From Candidatus Peregrinibacteria bacterium (GTDB lineage Bacteria; Patescibacteriota; Gracilibacteria; UBA1369), in assembly GCA_963708185.1 (NCBI GenBank), contig OY970195.1:64001-128000 (forward strand): a DNA stretch of 64,000 nucleotides. Reading direction: 5' to 3'. The notes beneath the pieces were generated by a model. That model saw only the letters and a program-made list of their open reading frames with translations, did not search any database and was not told the DNA's origin. The position numbers were made by a program, and so were the translations under genes. Below are positions 24,685 through 33,962 of the stretch, piece after piece; the stretch's first letter is position 1, and each line of letters opens with the position of its first letter.

Positions 24685-25158
24685 CTAGAGTTGGCTCGCC
24701 GGAAGCATGTCTTCGGGTTTTGACGGATCGTAGACGACTTCGATCTGTTCACCCACGCGCGGGAACCCTACTCTGGAGACAAAGACGTTGAAGCTTCCGC
24801 GGATTTTTTGTGGAGTTTCCACCGTGAGGCGGATGAGCGGAGCGAGGTTGACCGTTACGCCGGTGTCGCGGACCTCAAGGATGGTGGCCGTGGTTTTCTG
24901 ACCGTTCTTGCGGAGACGCCCCTTGAGACCCAAGTTGGAGAGGCCATGGAAACCCATGCCGATGAGCGGAGCGAAAGCGAAGAGAAAAATGAGGGCCATG
25001 AATCCAAAGAAGTAGTATCCCACTTCAGGCCCGGTTAAATACGTGTCCATAAATGCAGCAACACCGGTGGGGTTGATGGTGGCAAGAATTCCGACGGCGA
25101 TGCCCAGGGCGCCCATGATGATGCCGAACCACATGCCGATTTTGCTCCAGAGATTCAT
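24685..25158 (-). CDS. Two-TM membrane protein with C-terminal OB-like domain (paralogue 1)
   Basis: LRKNGQKTTATILEVRDTGVTVNLAP...VVYDP. Confidence 0.8.
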   Translation of the reverse strand: MNLWSKIGMWFGIIMGALGIAVGILATINPTGVAAFMDTYLTGPEVGYYFFGFMALIFLFAFAPLIGMGFHGLSNLGLKGRLRKNGQKTTATILEVRDTGVTVNLAPLIRLTVETPQKIRGSFNVFVSRVGFPRVGEQIEVVYDPSKPEDMLPASQL

Positions 25159-25227
25159 AATGTGTGAGGTAAGAAGTAAGGCTCGTTTAGGTTATATTAC
25201 TGGTATTCCTGTTTCCCTTCAATGCTG

Positions 25228-25824
25228 TTACGGTTTCTGCAGATCGGTCACCTGGTCGTTGATGTTTGTGGGGTATACATCCTGTTTGCTGTTGGTCAGA
25301 TCAGTGATCTGACCGTTGATGGGGATGGGGATGGTGTCGATGAACAGGGCCGCTCCGTCAAAATCCATGCTGTCTTTGATGGCGGCATTGACGTCCATGT
25401 ACTCCCGGTCCTGCTGGAAAGGCAACGGTTTCACGGTATATTGGACGGCGAGCGTGAAAGGACTGACCGTTCCTTTGAGCAGTTCCACCGGAACGTCGTA
25501 GAGCCGGTTCTGGACGTGAACCTGCAGAATGGCATTGGGAGGGTTGATGGTCTGGGAGTTGAGCATGTTCACAAAGTCGCCGCTCTTCATTCGGCCGGTC
25601 TGGCGGTACGGCCGGTCGGTAAAGTAGAGCGCTTCCGGTGCGTTTTGCATCGTCAGCGTGTAGGTGCCGTCTGCGGATTTTTGGAGTGACGCGTTCTGGG
25701 CGTCCTGGACGTAGAGTTCGGTTTTGGCATTTGCCCTGGTCAGGAGAATGCCAAACAACACCACGTTGATGACGATGGATGCCACGGCAAGGTACCCCCA
25801 GCGGTTGGGAGTTTGATTTTTCAT
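25228..25824 (-). CDS. Hypothetical exported/membrane-anchored protein
   Basis: N-terminal TM; YFTDRPYR and PPNA motifs. Confidence 0.75.
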   Translation of the reverse strand: MKNQTPNRWGYLAVASIVINVVLFGILLTRANAKTELYVQDAQNASLQKSADGTYTLTMQNAPEALYFTDRPYRQTGRMKSGDFVNMLNSQTINPPNAILQVHVQNRLYDVPVELLKGTVSPFTLAVQYTVKPLPFQQDREYMDVNAAIKDSMDFDGAALFIDTIPIPINGQITDLTNSKQDVYPTNINDQVTDLQKP

Positions 25825-26312
25825 GGAAGAAGGGAGTTATGGGATTTTATCTGTTTGGATATGGCTTTTTCCTGTTTCGTCGGGCCGGCCTGGATAAAAA
25901 TGATGATGCCGATGATCAAAAATATCAGTGTTTCAAAAATCTGGATTCCGGTTCCGAGGTAAACGATCCAGGGGTTGTAGATGCGGGCCTGGGGCGGGTT
26001 CGCCGGGTCATAAAATACATCGACTTTATCTCCGGACTGGTACATGGGAGGGGTCGACGTATCTCCCGATTCGAACTCCTGGGTTTGCCCGGCGGCGGTG
26101 GTGAAGTGTACGACCGGTCCGTAGTTTTCGTCCGACGTGCCCTGGAGGTAGGTTTTCATATCGACGACCACGCCCTGGGCGTGCAGGCTGTTTTTCACGA
26201 GAGTGCTGGTGTCCACATACGAGTTCCAGGCGCTCATCGCCGTAAAAAACGCGACGACAAGAAACGATAACCTGATGATCAATCTGATAACGCTGCCAAG
26301 AGAAATCTGCAT
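25821..26312 (-). CDS. DUF3592-like membrane protein
   Basis: TM, AQGVVV...PVVHFTT...GDKVDVFYDPANPPQARI, TM. Confidence 0.85.
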   Translation of the reverse strand: MQISLGSVIRLIIRLSFLVVAFFTAMSAWNSYVDTSTLVKNSLHAQGVVVDMKTYLQGTSDENYGPVVHFTTAAGQTQEFESGDTSTPPMYQSGDKVDVFYDPANPPQARIYNPWIVYLGTGIQIFETLIFLIIGIIIFIQAGPTKQEKAISKQIKSHNSLLP

Positions 26313-26331
26313 GTGTTATGGAGTCAAAAGG

Positions 26332-26829
26332 TTATTTTTCGAATAGATATGCCGGTCGGATTTCTTTCGGGTTTTCGGGGTTGAAGACGACGTCGACTTT
26401 GTCTCCGGGTCTGGGAAAGCCCACGCGGGAGACGAAGGTGTTGAAGGATCCTTTCACATGGTTGGGGAGTTCAACGGTCATGACCACCATCGGGGCAAGG
26501 TTCACCGTTACACCCGTGTCCTCAATGCTGACGACGGTTGCATCGGTTTTCTGTCCTATTTTCCGCAGGCGTCCCTTGACACCAAAGCCTCGAACGAAAT
26601 CTACGATGAACGGTAAAAGCATCGCGAGTACAACGATACCCATGCCTCCCACAAAGATCCAGAGGATCCAGGTCAGGTCCACATCTCCGTTGAAGAGCGG
26701 GGTGTCGAGCAGTGAAGGGGCAAAGATACCCACCCCGGCGGGGATAAGCACGAACAGAATGATTGAGAGGGCTCCAATAGCGATTCCACCCCACATGGCT
26801 ATCAGCGTCATGAGTCTTCGGAAGGTCAT
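26332..26829 (-). CDS. Two-TM membrane protein with OB-like domain (paralogue 2)
   Basis: EDTGVTVNLAP; close paralogue of the next gene. Confidence 0.8.
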   Translation of the reverse strand: MTFRRLMTLIAMWGGIAIGALSIILFVLIPAGVGIFAPSLLDTPLFNGDVDLTWILWIFVGGMGIVVLAMLLPFIVDFVRGFGVKGRLRKIGQKTDATVVSIEDTGVTVNLAPMVVMTVELPNHVKGSFNTFVSRVGFPRPGDKVDVVFNPENPKEIRPAYLFEK

Positions 26830-26867
26830 GGTTGAGGGATTAAAGGTTTGGGGAAAAGAGTAGGACG

Positions 26868-27365
26868 TTATTTTTTGATCTGATACGCCGGGCGGATTTC
26901 GGTGGGTTTGTTCGGGTTGAAGACGACGTCGACCCGGTCGCCCGCCCTTGGGAAGTCCACGCGGGAAACATAGGTTTCAAAAGATCCTTTGATGTGGTTG
27001 GGAAGTTCCACGGTTACGACCACGAGCGGAGCCAGGTTCATCGTTACTCCCGTGTCCTCAACGCTGACCACGGTGGCGGTAGTTTTCTGTCCAATCTTGC
27101 GCAGGCGTCCTTTGACACCGAAGTTCAGAAAGAAGTCTACCAAGAACGGTGAAAGCGAGGCAAAGAAAATGAAGCCCATGCCGCCCATGAAAAACCATAT
27201 GATCCAGTTGATGTCGACTTCTCCTTTGAAAATAGGAGTGTCAAGGACGGAAGGGGCAAAGATGCCCAATGCTCCCGGAATAATGACGAAGAGAATGATT
27301 GCCAGTGCACCAAGGGTGATTCCACCCCACGTCGATATTTTCATCATGAGCTGCCGATAGGTCAT
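26868..27365 (-). CDS. Two-TM membrane protein with OB-like domain (paralogue 3)
   Basis: EDTGVTMNLAP; same length (165 aa) and colinear with 26332..26829. Confidence 0.8.
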   Translation of the reverse strand: MTYRQLMMKISTWGGITLGALAIILFVIIPGALGIFAPSVLDTPIFKGEVDINWIIWFFMGGMGFIFFASLSPFLVDFFLNFGVKGRLRKIGQKTTATVVSVEDTGVTMNLAPLVVVTVELPNHIKGSFETYVSRVDFPRAGDRVDVVFNPNKPTEIRPAYQIKK

Positions 27366-27376
27366 AGAAAGTGAGG

Positions 27377-27655
27377 TTAGGGTAAGTTATGGGGGTTGAA
27401 GTTATCGTTGATTCCCGTCTGGTCTTTCTCCTTTTTTTCATCCGGAGAAAGAGAGCGCAGCGAAAAGTACATGACCACGCCGATGATGAGGAATAAGATG
27501 CCGATCCCTCCGGCAATACCCGGTCCGAGCCAGCGTTCAAGCGGATCGAGATCCTGGAAAACCGCTTCCTGAAAGTACATGAACACGGCAACCGACATAA
27601 GGATAATGCCGACGGCCGGAAAGATGAGCGCAATGGTGGAGGCGGGATTTTTCAT
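27377..27655 (-). CDS. Small two-TM membrane protein
   Basis: Two hydrophobic helices; first gene of the co-oriented run. Confidence 0.7.
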   Translation of the reverse strand: MKNPASTIALIFPAVGIILMSVAVFMYFQEAVFQDLDPLERWLGPGIAGGIGILFLIIGVVMYFSLRSLSPDEKKEKDQTGINDNFNPHNLP

Positions 27656-27691
27656 GGCCTGATGGTATCAGGCCGGAGACTTCCCGGCAAT

Positions 27692-28456
27692 TTATTTTGA
27701 TCCGCCCATCGCCTTTCTGGCGCCTTCAATGAAGGCGCGGTATTCGTTTTTGCCGTCGGGCCAGTTTTCGTCCGCGCCCCAGGGCGGCAGTTGGTCGGAA
27801 TCCAGGCAGGCTTTTATGTCCATCAGCGTGGGCTCCACCCAGGAATCGTCCCCAACATAGGTGATGATCTCTTCCGTGAACTTGAGTTTCGATCCAAAGC
27901 GCCGCGGGGTTTTTAGGGCGTTGGCAAACACAAAGTACGCGGTGTTACTCACGGTAAAACCGTTGCGGCGGAGCAGCCACTGGTAGACTTCGGCCTGGCG
28001 TTTGTAGCTCTGTTTGTATTTGTCGTCCAGGCTGATCTCCTTAGCGGTGGAGGTGCTCTTGTAATCCACCACGTGGAGTTCGCCGTGCTTGTTGATCCAG
28101 AGGTCGTCCACTGCTCCGAACACCAGAAAATTCGTGGGCTTATGCACAAAGCGCACGCCCTTGAAGTTTTCGCGCCAGTCGTCCATCTGGGGGTTCTGGT
28201 AGGGGACGGCGTTGATGTGGAATTCGGCCATGAGCGGGTGCGGCTCCTTTTTGGCGCGATAGGCGTCGAACTCCTTTTTGAGCAGCGCGTCCACGGCGGA
28301 GTTGAGGCTGAAGCCGGGCATGCCGGGCGGTTTCACACCCAGGCGGCGGTCCAGATAAAAGGTGCGCGGGCAGGTCAAAAAAAGCTCGATCTTGCTGCGT
28401 GAGAGCTTGAAAGGTTCTTTGCTTGCGGGATCGTACAGGTGAGAGGTGCGGGGCAT
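27692..28456 (-). CDS. PD-(D/E)XK nuclease, RecB/Cas4-like family
   Basis: LSRSKIELFLTCPRTFY, GAVDDLW, VVDYKS, QAEVYQWL. Start set at MPRTSH, downstream of an extended -10 (TGCTATAAT). Confidence 0.88.
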   Translation of the reverse strand: MPRTSHLYDPASKEPFKLSRSKIELFLTCPRTFYLDRRLGVKPPGMPGFSLNSAVDALLKKEFDAYRAKKEPHPLMAEFHINAVPYQNPQMDDWRENFKGVRFVHKPTNFLVFGAVDDLWINKHGELHVVDYKSTSTAKEISLDDKYKQSYKRQAEVYQWLLRRNGFTVSNTAYFVFANALKTPRRFGSKLKFTEEIITYVGDDSWVEPTLMDIKACLDSDQLPPWGADENWPDGKNEYRAFIEGARKAMGGSK

Positions 28457-28489
28457 GGGGGGGTTGAAAAGTTCTTTTATTATAGCACT

Positions 28490-28688
28490 TTTCGTATTTG
28501 TTGTAATAGACCAGGCGTCGGATGCCGCGATAGCTGGAAAGGTCCGGCTCGTAAAGTGCTTCGCCGGAAATTTTTTGGCCGTTTTCCATTTTCGTTGAAA
28601 GAAAGAGCACGTTGAGCGGGAAGATGTTGAGCTCGAACCTGTGCGCCACCGTGAGCCTGTTTGGAATGAAAGCGAAACCGTTGGACAT
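28490..28688 (-). pseudogene. 3'-truncated paralogue of 31060..31458
   Basis: FAFIPNRLTVAHRFELNIFPLNVLF matches the intact copy; similarity stops at YNKYE, where the nuclease promoter begins. Confidence 0.75.
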
Positions 28689-28696
28689 GAGGGTAT

Positions 28697-28784
28697 ATTT
28701 ATCAACTCTGGTTGGAGTACCTTGCCGCGCGGCAGGTTGCTGACGGGTCAGGGAGCCAGGGCTCTCGCCGTCTCTTGATAAAAT
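28697..28784 (-). promoter_or_regulatory. SAM-I-type riboswitch, P4-less, probably degenerate copy
   Basis: ttttatcaagag-acggcgagagccctggc...cagcaacc...aaggtact-ccaaccag...gataaat; GGTGC changed to GGTAC; upstream TTGCAA-N17-CATAAT promoter. Confidence 0.8.
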
Positions 28785-28841
28785 GGGATTCGATTATGCG
28801 GGTGGGTTTTGCTTATTGCAAGAAATTTGTTAATTTTTTGT

Positions 28842-28918
28842 ACATTGAACGTATTTATTACGCTGCCGCCTCTGCTAAAGCTCCCACTAAGCGGCAGCGT
28901 AATAAATACGTTCAATGT
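28842..28918. repeat. Perfect 28-bp inverted repeat with 21-nt spacer (possible MITE/IS scar)
   Basis: acattgaacgtatttattacgctgccgc / gcggcagcgtaataaatacgttcaatgt; TGT flanks both sides. Confidence 0.85.
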
Positions 28919-29100
28919 TGTCAACCAAGCAATTATTACGAACGCTAGTAGTGTTTTTGATAGTTTGGATTTGTCGGATTTGTTTGACATGGTGAAAATT
29001 CTTACTGAAGACATAGTATCAAAAAAGCGCAGGAGAATCAACAAAAGAGGCCATTGTGGTAAAGGGCGGTGACGATCGACGATGGAAATGTTGGGCTATT

Positions 29101-29478
29101 TTATTTTGATTCGACAAGCTTGATTTTCATTCGATACTCTTTAAGTTTAATTTTGTCAGATACAGGTTTTAAGGCCATTTTTAAAGGTTTTTCGGCCTTG
29201 CCAACAATAATTAGCCCGCGTACTTTTTGTCCTTTCTTTGCAAGATTTTCTTGTACCCATCCCATGTAATTTAGAACTTGTCCCTCTATCCAACCTGTAG
29301 CGTCATCCAATTTTTTTACAGGTTCTTCGAAAGACGCCACATGTTTTCTTGAAATTCCAAATACACGAAAAAATTCATTCCAAAAGGTTTGAGCCTCAGC
29401 TTTTTCACGCTTTGCATCACGCCATTCGCGTGAGAATTCAATAGCTCTTTTTCTGATTTCATTCCAGTTTAAAACCAT
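29101..29478 (-). pseudogene. Chimeric remnant: MmeI-like type IIL restriction-modification N-terminus fused to a NucS-like endonuclease C-terminus
   Basis: LNWNEIRKRAIEFSREW...EAQTFWNEFFRVFG...FEEPVKK joined to GQVLNYMGWV...VRGLII; AT-rich. Confidence 0.7.
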
Positions 29479-29596
29479 ATGTATTTTTGGTATTTGTTTT
29501 TTGTTTTATTATCTTATTATTTTACCATAAATTTTGATTTTTGTCTTCAGCTAAAAATGGCTTAGATGAACCTTAAATATTGGTATAATTTGAATT

Positions 29597-30400
29597 TTAA
29601 AAACGGCCTCTCCAGTGAGCACGAGATTTTAGTGTCGCAATATCATTTTTTTCAATTTTTTCTAGATATTGTTCAAATTTTGTAAAATCTACAATATCTA
29701 GTAAAAAATATTCATTATTTTCTTGGCCAGATTTATTTATATAACTATAATTTACCTCTAATTCAAAATCTGAATCATTGATATTTTTAAATTTATCATC
29801 GCCAATATCGATTTTATAAAGTTTACTAAAGTCGCTGCAAAGAATAATAGGATAATAAACATCGTCAATAAAATGATGCTGCAATTTTTTTTGTTCATTC
29901 GAAATAAAACCTTTTTTTCTTAAGTTGATTGTTCCATTTAGCGCTTGATTTAAAGCTCTATAGAAGTCTTCTGATTCGTGAGTTTTTTGTGGATCTTTGC
30001 TCGATGAGAATAATTTTCCTACCCTGGTATCCCAAAAATTATGATGTTTTTCAATCATAACATTACTTGCGTGCTCTTCTAGTCCAGTGTTTCTCATAAT
30101 CATCTGTTCTGCCGAATTTTTGTCTTTTTCGTCAAACCAAAACACGGTTTCATTAGAAATATATTTGCATTCTATAAAAAGCTGTACACGTACGACGCCA
30201 TATTTGCTATCCATCGTAGCCACTCCGAAGTTTTTTTCGGCAATAATGTCGATTTCACGTGGTTTATTTGTTTGATTGTCGCTGTAATAGGGGCTAATCA
30301 ATACTGTCCATCCTTTTTCTCTTAGGAATTGAATAACTTTGGAATGGAACGTGTTGCCACTTTTTTCAATTATCTCCTGAATTGGATCTTTTTTTGCCAT
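29597..30400 (-). CDS. Restriction-endonuclease-like PD-(D/E)XK protein
   Basis: REIDIIAEK...LFIECKY motif; AT-rich compared with flanks. Confidence 0.75.
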   Translation of the reverse strand: MAKKDPIQEIIEKSGNTFHSKVIQFLREKGWTVLISPYYSDNQTNKPREIDIIAEKNFGVATMDSKYGVVRVQLFIECKYISNETVFWFDEKDKNSAEQMIMRNTGLEEHASNVMIEKHHNFWDTRVGKLFSSSKDPQKTHESEDFYRALNQALNGTINLRKKGFISNEQKKLQHHFIDDVYYPIILCSDFSKLYKIDIGDDKFKNINDSDFELEVNYSYINKSGQENNEYFLLDIVDFTKFEQYLEKIEKNDIATLKSRAHWRGRF

Positions 30401-30412
30401 TAGTAAGTTTTT

Positions 30413-30436
30413 AAAAAGCCGCCATATGGCGGCTTT
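30413..30436 (-). terminator. Intrinsic terminator after the dnaK remnant
   Basis: aaaaagccgccatatggcggcttt hairpin with U-tract on the minus strand. Confidence 0.75.
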
Positions 30437-30468
30437 ATTGTGATCCTAGTTTTGAACCAGGACAACTC

Positions 30469-30903
<435 letters not shown>

Positions 30904-30950
30904 CCGTTGTTCGTTTGACTTTTCAGTATCTTCAAGTATCTTTCTGGTGC

Positions 30951-31053
30951 TTTTTATCAAGAGACGGCGAGAGCCCTGGCTTTGTGACCCGTCAGCAACC
31001 TGCACGCGCGGAAACGCGCGGGGGAAGGTGCTCCAACCAGGATTTGATAAGAA
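30951..31053 (+). promoter_or_regulatory. SAM-I (S-box) riboswitch lacking P4
   Basis: ttttATCAAGAG, kink-turn GA/GA, loop CTGG, cAGCAACC...aaGGTGCT, CCAG pseudoknot partner, GATAAGAA; TTGACT-N16-TATCTT upstream. Confidence 0.88.
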
Positions 31054-31059
31054 TCTGCC

Positions 31060-31458
31060 ATGGCTACGCCTTTTGCTTTCATTCCAAACAGACTCACCGT
31101 CGCGCACAGGTTTGAGCTGAATGTTTTTCCGCTGAACGTGCTTTTTGCTTCCAAGCGGACGGTACGGGGCAGGGAGGTCTACGTTTCGGCGCTGTATGCG
31201 CCCGATCTTTCGAGCTATTGGACGTGCACGGCTTCGCCCGCGGGCGGGAAACTGCACCGGATGTGGTATTCCAACAAATACGACCGGGACTGGCGGCTGG
31301 AGATCATCTATCACGAGCAGAACCGGAATTACCGGGCCGTAAAGCTGCACCGGGACAAGCGCGTTTTTATGGTTTCCGGCAAGGACTGGCAGTCGTTTTT
31401 TATTTCTCTGACCGGGCGCGGGGTGGAGGAGCGGGAGGGGTGCAGGGAGAGGTTTTAA
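31060..31458 (+). CDS. Hypothetical soluble protein downstream of SAM riboswitch
   Basis: 132-aa ORF with a paralogue at 28490..28688 and its own terminator. Confidence 0.85.
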   Translation: MATPFAFIPNRLTVAHRFELNVFPLNVLFASKRTVRGREVYVSALYAPDLSSYWTCTASPAGGKLHRMWYSNKYDRDWRLEIIYHEQNRNYRAVKLHRDKRVFMVSGKDWQSFFISLTGRGVEEREGCRERF

Positions 31459-31483
31459 AAAAGCCGCCCATCGGGCGGCTTTT
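31457..31483. terminator. Bidirectional intrinsic terminator
   Basis: aaaaaagccgccc-atc-gggcggctttt. Confidence 0.85.
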
Positions 31484-31486
31484 GCT

Positions 31487-31783
31487 TTATTGATTTTGCG
31501 GTCCGGCCGAGTCTTCGGTGGGCGGGATGAGGCCCTTGAGTTTCTGGAGGAGGTTGTCGGCGGGTTTGAGGCGCTGTTCGATGATTTCGGCCATCTGCAG
31601 GGCCGTGGAATGCGGGATGAAGACGCGGGAGGTGACCACGGCTTCGCCGGGCGCGAGTCCCGGGACAATGAAGGTCAGGCAGACGTCTTTGTCCGTGGTG
31701 GCGATCATGACGTCCGTCCCGTGGGTTCCGCGGATGATTTTTTCGTCGTATTTGAGCTGGAGCTGGATCTTTTTATCGTCCAT
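31487..31783 (-). CDS. DUF3467-like protein
   Basis: GTHGTDVMI...LTF...AVVTSRVFIPHSTA pattern. Confidence 0.65.
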   Translation of the reverse strand: MDDKKIQLQLKYDEKIIRGTHGTDVMIATTDKDVCLTFIVPGLAPGEAVVTSRVFIPHSTALQMAEIIEQRLKPADNLLQKLKGLIPPTEDSAGPQNQ

Positions 31784-31807
31784 AAAAAAGAGGAATGAAT
31801 TGGTAGG

Positions 31808-32101
31808 TTATTTTTTTTCTCTGACCACGGTGATGGAGCACTCGGTCACGAGCGCGGCCATGGCGCCGACGGCGGCGAACACGGGTACGAGCACGGTGAA
31901 GACCACGCCAACCGTGAGGGGGATTTCTATGATGGGTTTGCCGTTTTTGTCGCTGATGATGACCTTGCGGACATTGCCTTCGCGAATGAGTTCCTTGAGT
32001 TTACCCAGAAGGTCTTCGCCTTTCACGTTGAAGGTTTCTTCCCAGCGGGAGCTGTCCTTTGGGTTGTCCTGTTTGCGGGTTTTGCTGGTTTTGCGCGGCA
32101 T
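31808..32101 (-). CDS. DUF4342-like protein
   Basis: KLKELIREGNVRKVII...EIPLTVG...ALVTECSITV. Confidence 0.85.
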   Translation of the reverse strand: MPRKTSKTRKQDNPKDSSRWEETFNVKGEDLLGKLKELIREGNVRKVIISDKNGKPIIEIPLTVGVVFTVLVPVFAAVGAMAALVTECSITVVREKK

Positions 32102-32155
32102 AGGCGTGGGGGTTAATTGTTTTTCATTGTTAGTGTAGACCTTTGGCGGGGAAGG

Positions 32156-33244
32156 TCAATTTTTGCTGTCTTCCGGTTGTTTGTCGGGCCGGAGATTATT
32201 TATATCTATGAAGTAGTTTTGCGGTTTGGACGGGTCGACGTAAACATCCACCATGTCGCCTTTGAGAATGAGATTTTCGATATCCCGTTTGTACAAAGGG
32301 GAGCTCTTGAGGATTATTGATGCTCCGTCTCCAACGTATTTGACCAGGATTTTGCATCCGGGGATCCTGTTGATTCTGGTATTGGTATATTCGTATCCCG
32401 AGACCGTAGCTGAGATTTTTTTTCCGGTTGCCATGAGTTTTTTATTTTTATTCTTTTTGTTGATCCGGGCAATGATTCCGCCCGCCCCAATCCCCGTGAA
32501 GATGAGCCCGAAGGCCATAAAGAACAGGTAACGGCCCTGATAAGACGTCAGGAAATCTTTCCCCCCGGGATTCTGGGACAGGTATATCTGGTATTGGTTT
32601 CCAACAACCACTATTCCGGCCACCAGAAAAACGATCCCGAAGACGGCAAAAAAGATAAACGTATCAACGGAATGGTCTTTCAGCTGTCTGGCGTTGAAAT
32701 GCCTTTCGGTGTCCTGGACGTTATTTGGAGGGATCCACATCTTGTAAAGGTTTATTCCGCTTATTGCAAGAAAGATTCCGCCTACAATCATCAGTATCAA
32801 AGGTAAAATCCATAATTGCGATGAGTCGTCTATGACCGCATCGTGTGGGTTGTTTTCCGTGTAAATGATCCCGATTTTTGATCCGACCGGGTATTTGACC
32901 ATGTCGGTTGAGAAGTTTATCTGGTACCTGATGACCTGGTTTTTGTCGGTCGTGAATTCGACCGTGGGGTTGTTGATGGTTGGGCTGGTATTGTTCGAGC
33001 CGGTATTGGTCACGATTGTTCCGGTGGTGCGGACCCCGGAAACGAGGAGCCTGGCATGAGAAGCCAGGGAAATGAGTCCGCTGGGAAACATAAAAAGTCC
33101 GATGATGGCAAAAAGCAGAGGGGCACAGGAAAAAGGCACTTTTATCGCGGTTTGAACAGTTTTAAGGGCTTTGTTTTCTGATTCGGTTTTGGAATCGGTA
33201 CCGGGTTGGGGTTGAGGTTGGGGCTGGGGTTGGGGTGTATCCAT
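32156..33244 (-). CDS. Membrane protein with two DUF3592-like modules
   Basis: PQ repeat at N-terminus; multiple TMs; IIYTENNP and VDVYVDPSKP motifs. Confidence 0.8.
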   Translation of the reverse strand: MDTPQPQPQPQPQPGTDSKTESENKALKTVQTAIKVPFSCAPLLFAIIGLFMFPSGLISLASHARLLVSGVRTTGTIVTNTGSNNTSPTINNPTVEFTTDKNQVIRYQINFSTDMVKYPVGSKIGIIYTENNPHDAVIDDSSQLWILPLILMIVGGIFLAISGINLYKMWIPPNNVQDTERHFNARQLKDHSVDTFIFFAVFGIVFLVAGIVVVGNQYQIYLSQNPGGKDFLTSYQGRYLFFMAFGLIFTGIGAGGIIARINKKNKNKKLMATGKKISATVSGYEYTNTRINRIPGCKILVKYVGDGASIILKSSPLYKRDIENLILKGDMVDVYVDPSKPQNYFIDINNLRPDKQPEDSKN

Positions 33245-33355
33245 GATTGTTTGTCGGTTAGGTGTTTTGTATTGATTATACCATCGTGGATTTCAGGATG
33301 TGTTTAAAAATTTTTCATGTTGAGGTGGTAGGGTGGGGATGTTTTCGCAGATGAG

Positions 33356-33403
33356 TTGACGGTGACGAGACTCCTGTAATACAATGTAATATATTGTATT
33401 ACA
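33356..33403 (+). promoter_or_regulatory. TA operon promoter with palindromic operator
   Basis: TTGACG-N18-TACAAT overlapped by the inverted repeat tgtaatacaat-N7-attgtattaca. Confidence 0.7.
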
Positions 33404-33418
33404 TTATCATTCAACCGT

Positions 33419-33634
33419 ATGCGGAAGATCCTCAATATTTCTTTACCCGAAGAAACCGTGAACATGATCAAGCAGGAGGCAAAACAGGAAGGTTTTGTGA
33501 GCGTGAGCGAATTTATCCGTCACGTGATCCGCGTGTACAACTCCAAAAAGCTCGTGAAGGGCGTGCGGCAGAGTGAAAAGGAGTTTGCCCAGGGAAAAGG
33601 AAAGGTGTTGAGGTCCTTAAAAGACCTTAGCTAA
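33419..33634 (+). CDS. Ribbon-helix-helix antitoxin
   Basis: ILNISLPE...SVSEFIR; upstream of a RelE-like gene. Confidence 0.85.
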   Translation: MRKILNISLPEETVNMIKQEAKQEGFVSVSEFIRHVIRVYNSKKLVKGVRQSEKEFAQGKGKVLRSLKDLS

Positions 33635-33643
33635 TGGTATTTC

Positions 33644-33904
33644 ATGCCGGAGATTCACTATTCGCCCCGTTTTGCGAGGCGGTTTAAGAAGTTGTCGAAA
33701 ACTTTAAAGTTTTCGGCGCAGGAAAAGGAAATTATTTTCCGCAATGATCCTTTTGACCCGCGATTGAAGACGCACAAGCTCCATGGTGATCTGGCCGGAA
33801 GGTGGGCGTTTTCCATTTCGTTCGAGCACAGGATAGTTTTCAGTTTTGAAAACGACGGGATCGTACGTTTCCACGATATCGGAGGGCACGATGTTTATGT
33901 GTAA
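33644..33904 (+). CDS. RelE/YafQ-family toxin
   Basis: FARRFKKL, LKTHKLHG, RIVF, DIGGHDVY. Confidence 0.9.
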   Translation: MPEIHYSPRFARRFKKLSKTLKFSAQEKEIIFRNDPFDPRLKTHKLHGDLAGRWAFSISFEHRIVFSFENDGIVRFHDIGGHDVYV

Positions 33905-33908
33905 AAGC

Positions 33909-33934
33909 AAAAAGCCCCGCCGGAGGCGGGGCTT
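33909..33934. terminator. Intrinsic terminator
   Basis: aaaaagccccgcc-gga-ggcggggctt between convergent genes. Confidence 0.8.
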
Positions 33935-33962
33935 GAGGCAGGCTGAACTTGAGCCAAGTGAT

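Noticed and set aside
28140-28705. Long ORF calls 28140..28688 and the N-terminal extension of 27692..28705
   Set aside because: Read-through of a truncated paralogue across the nuclease promoter; the nuclease most likely starts at 28456.
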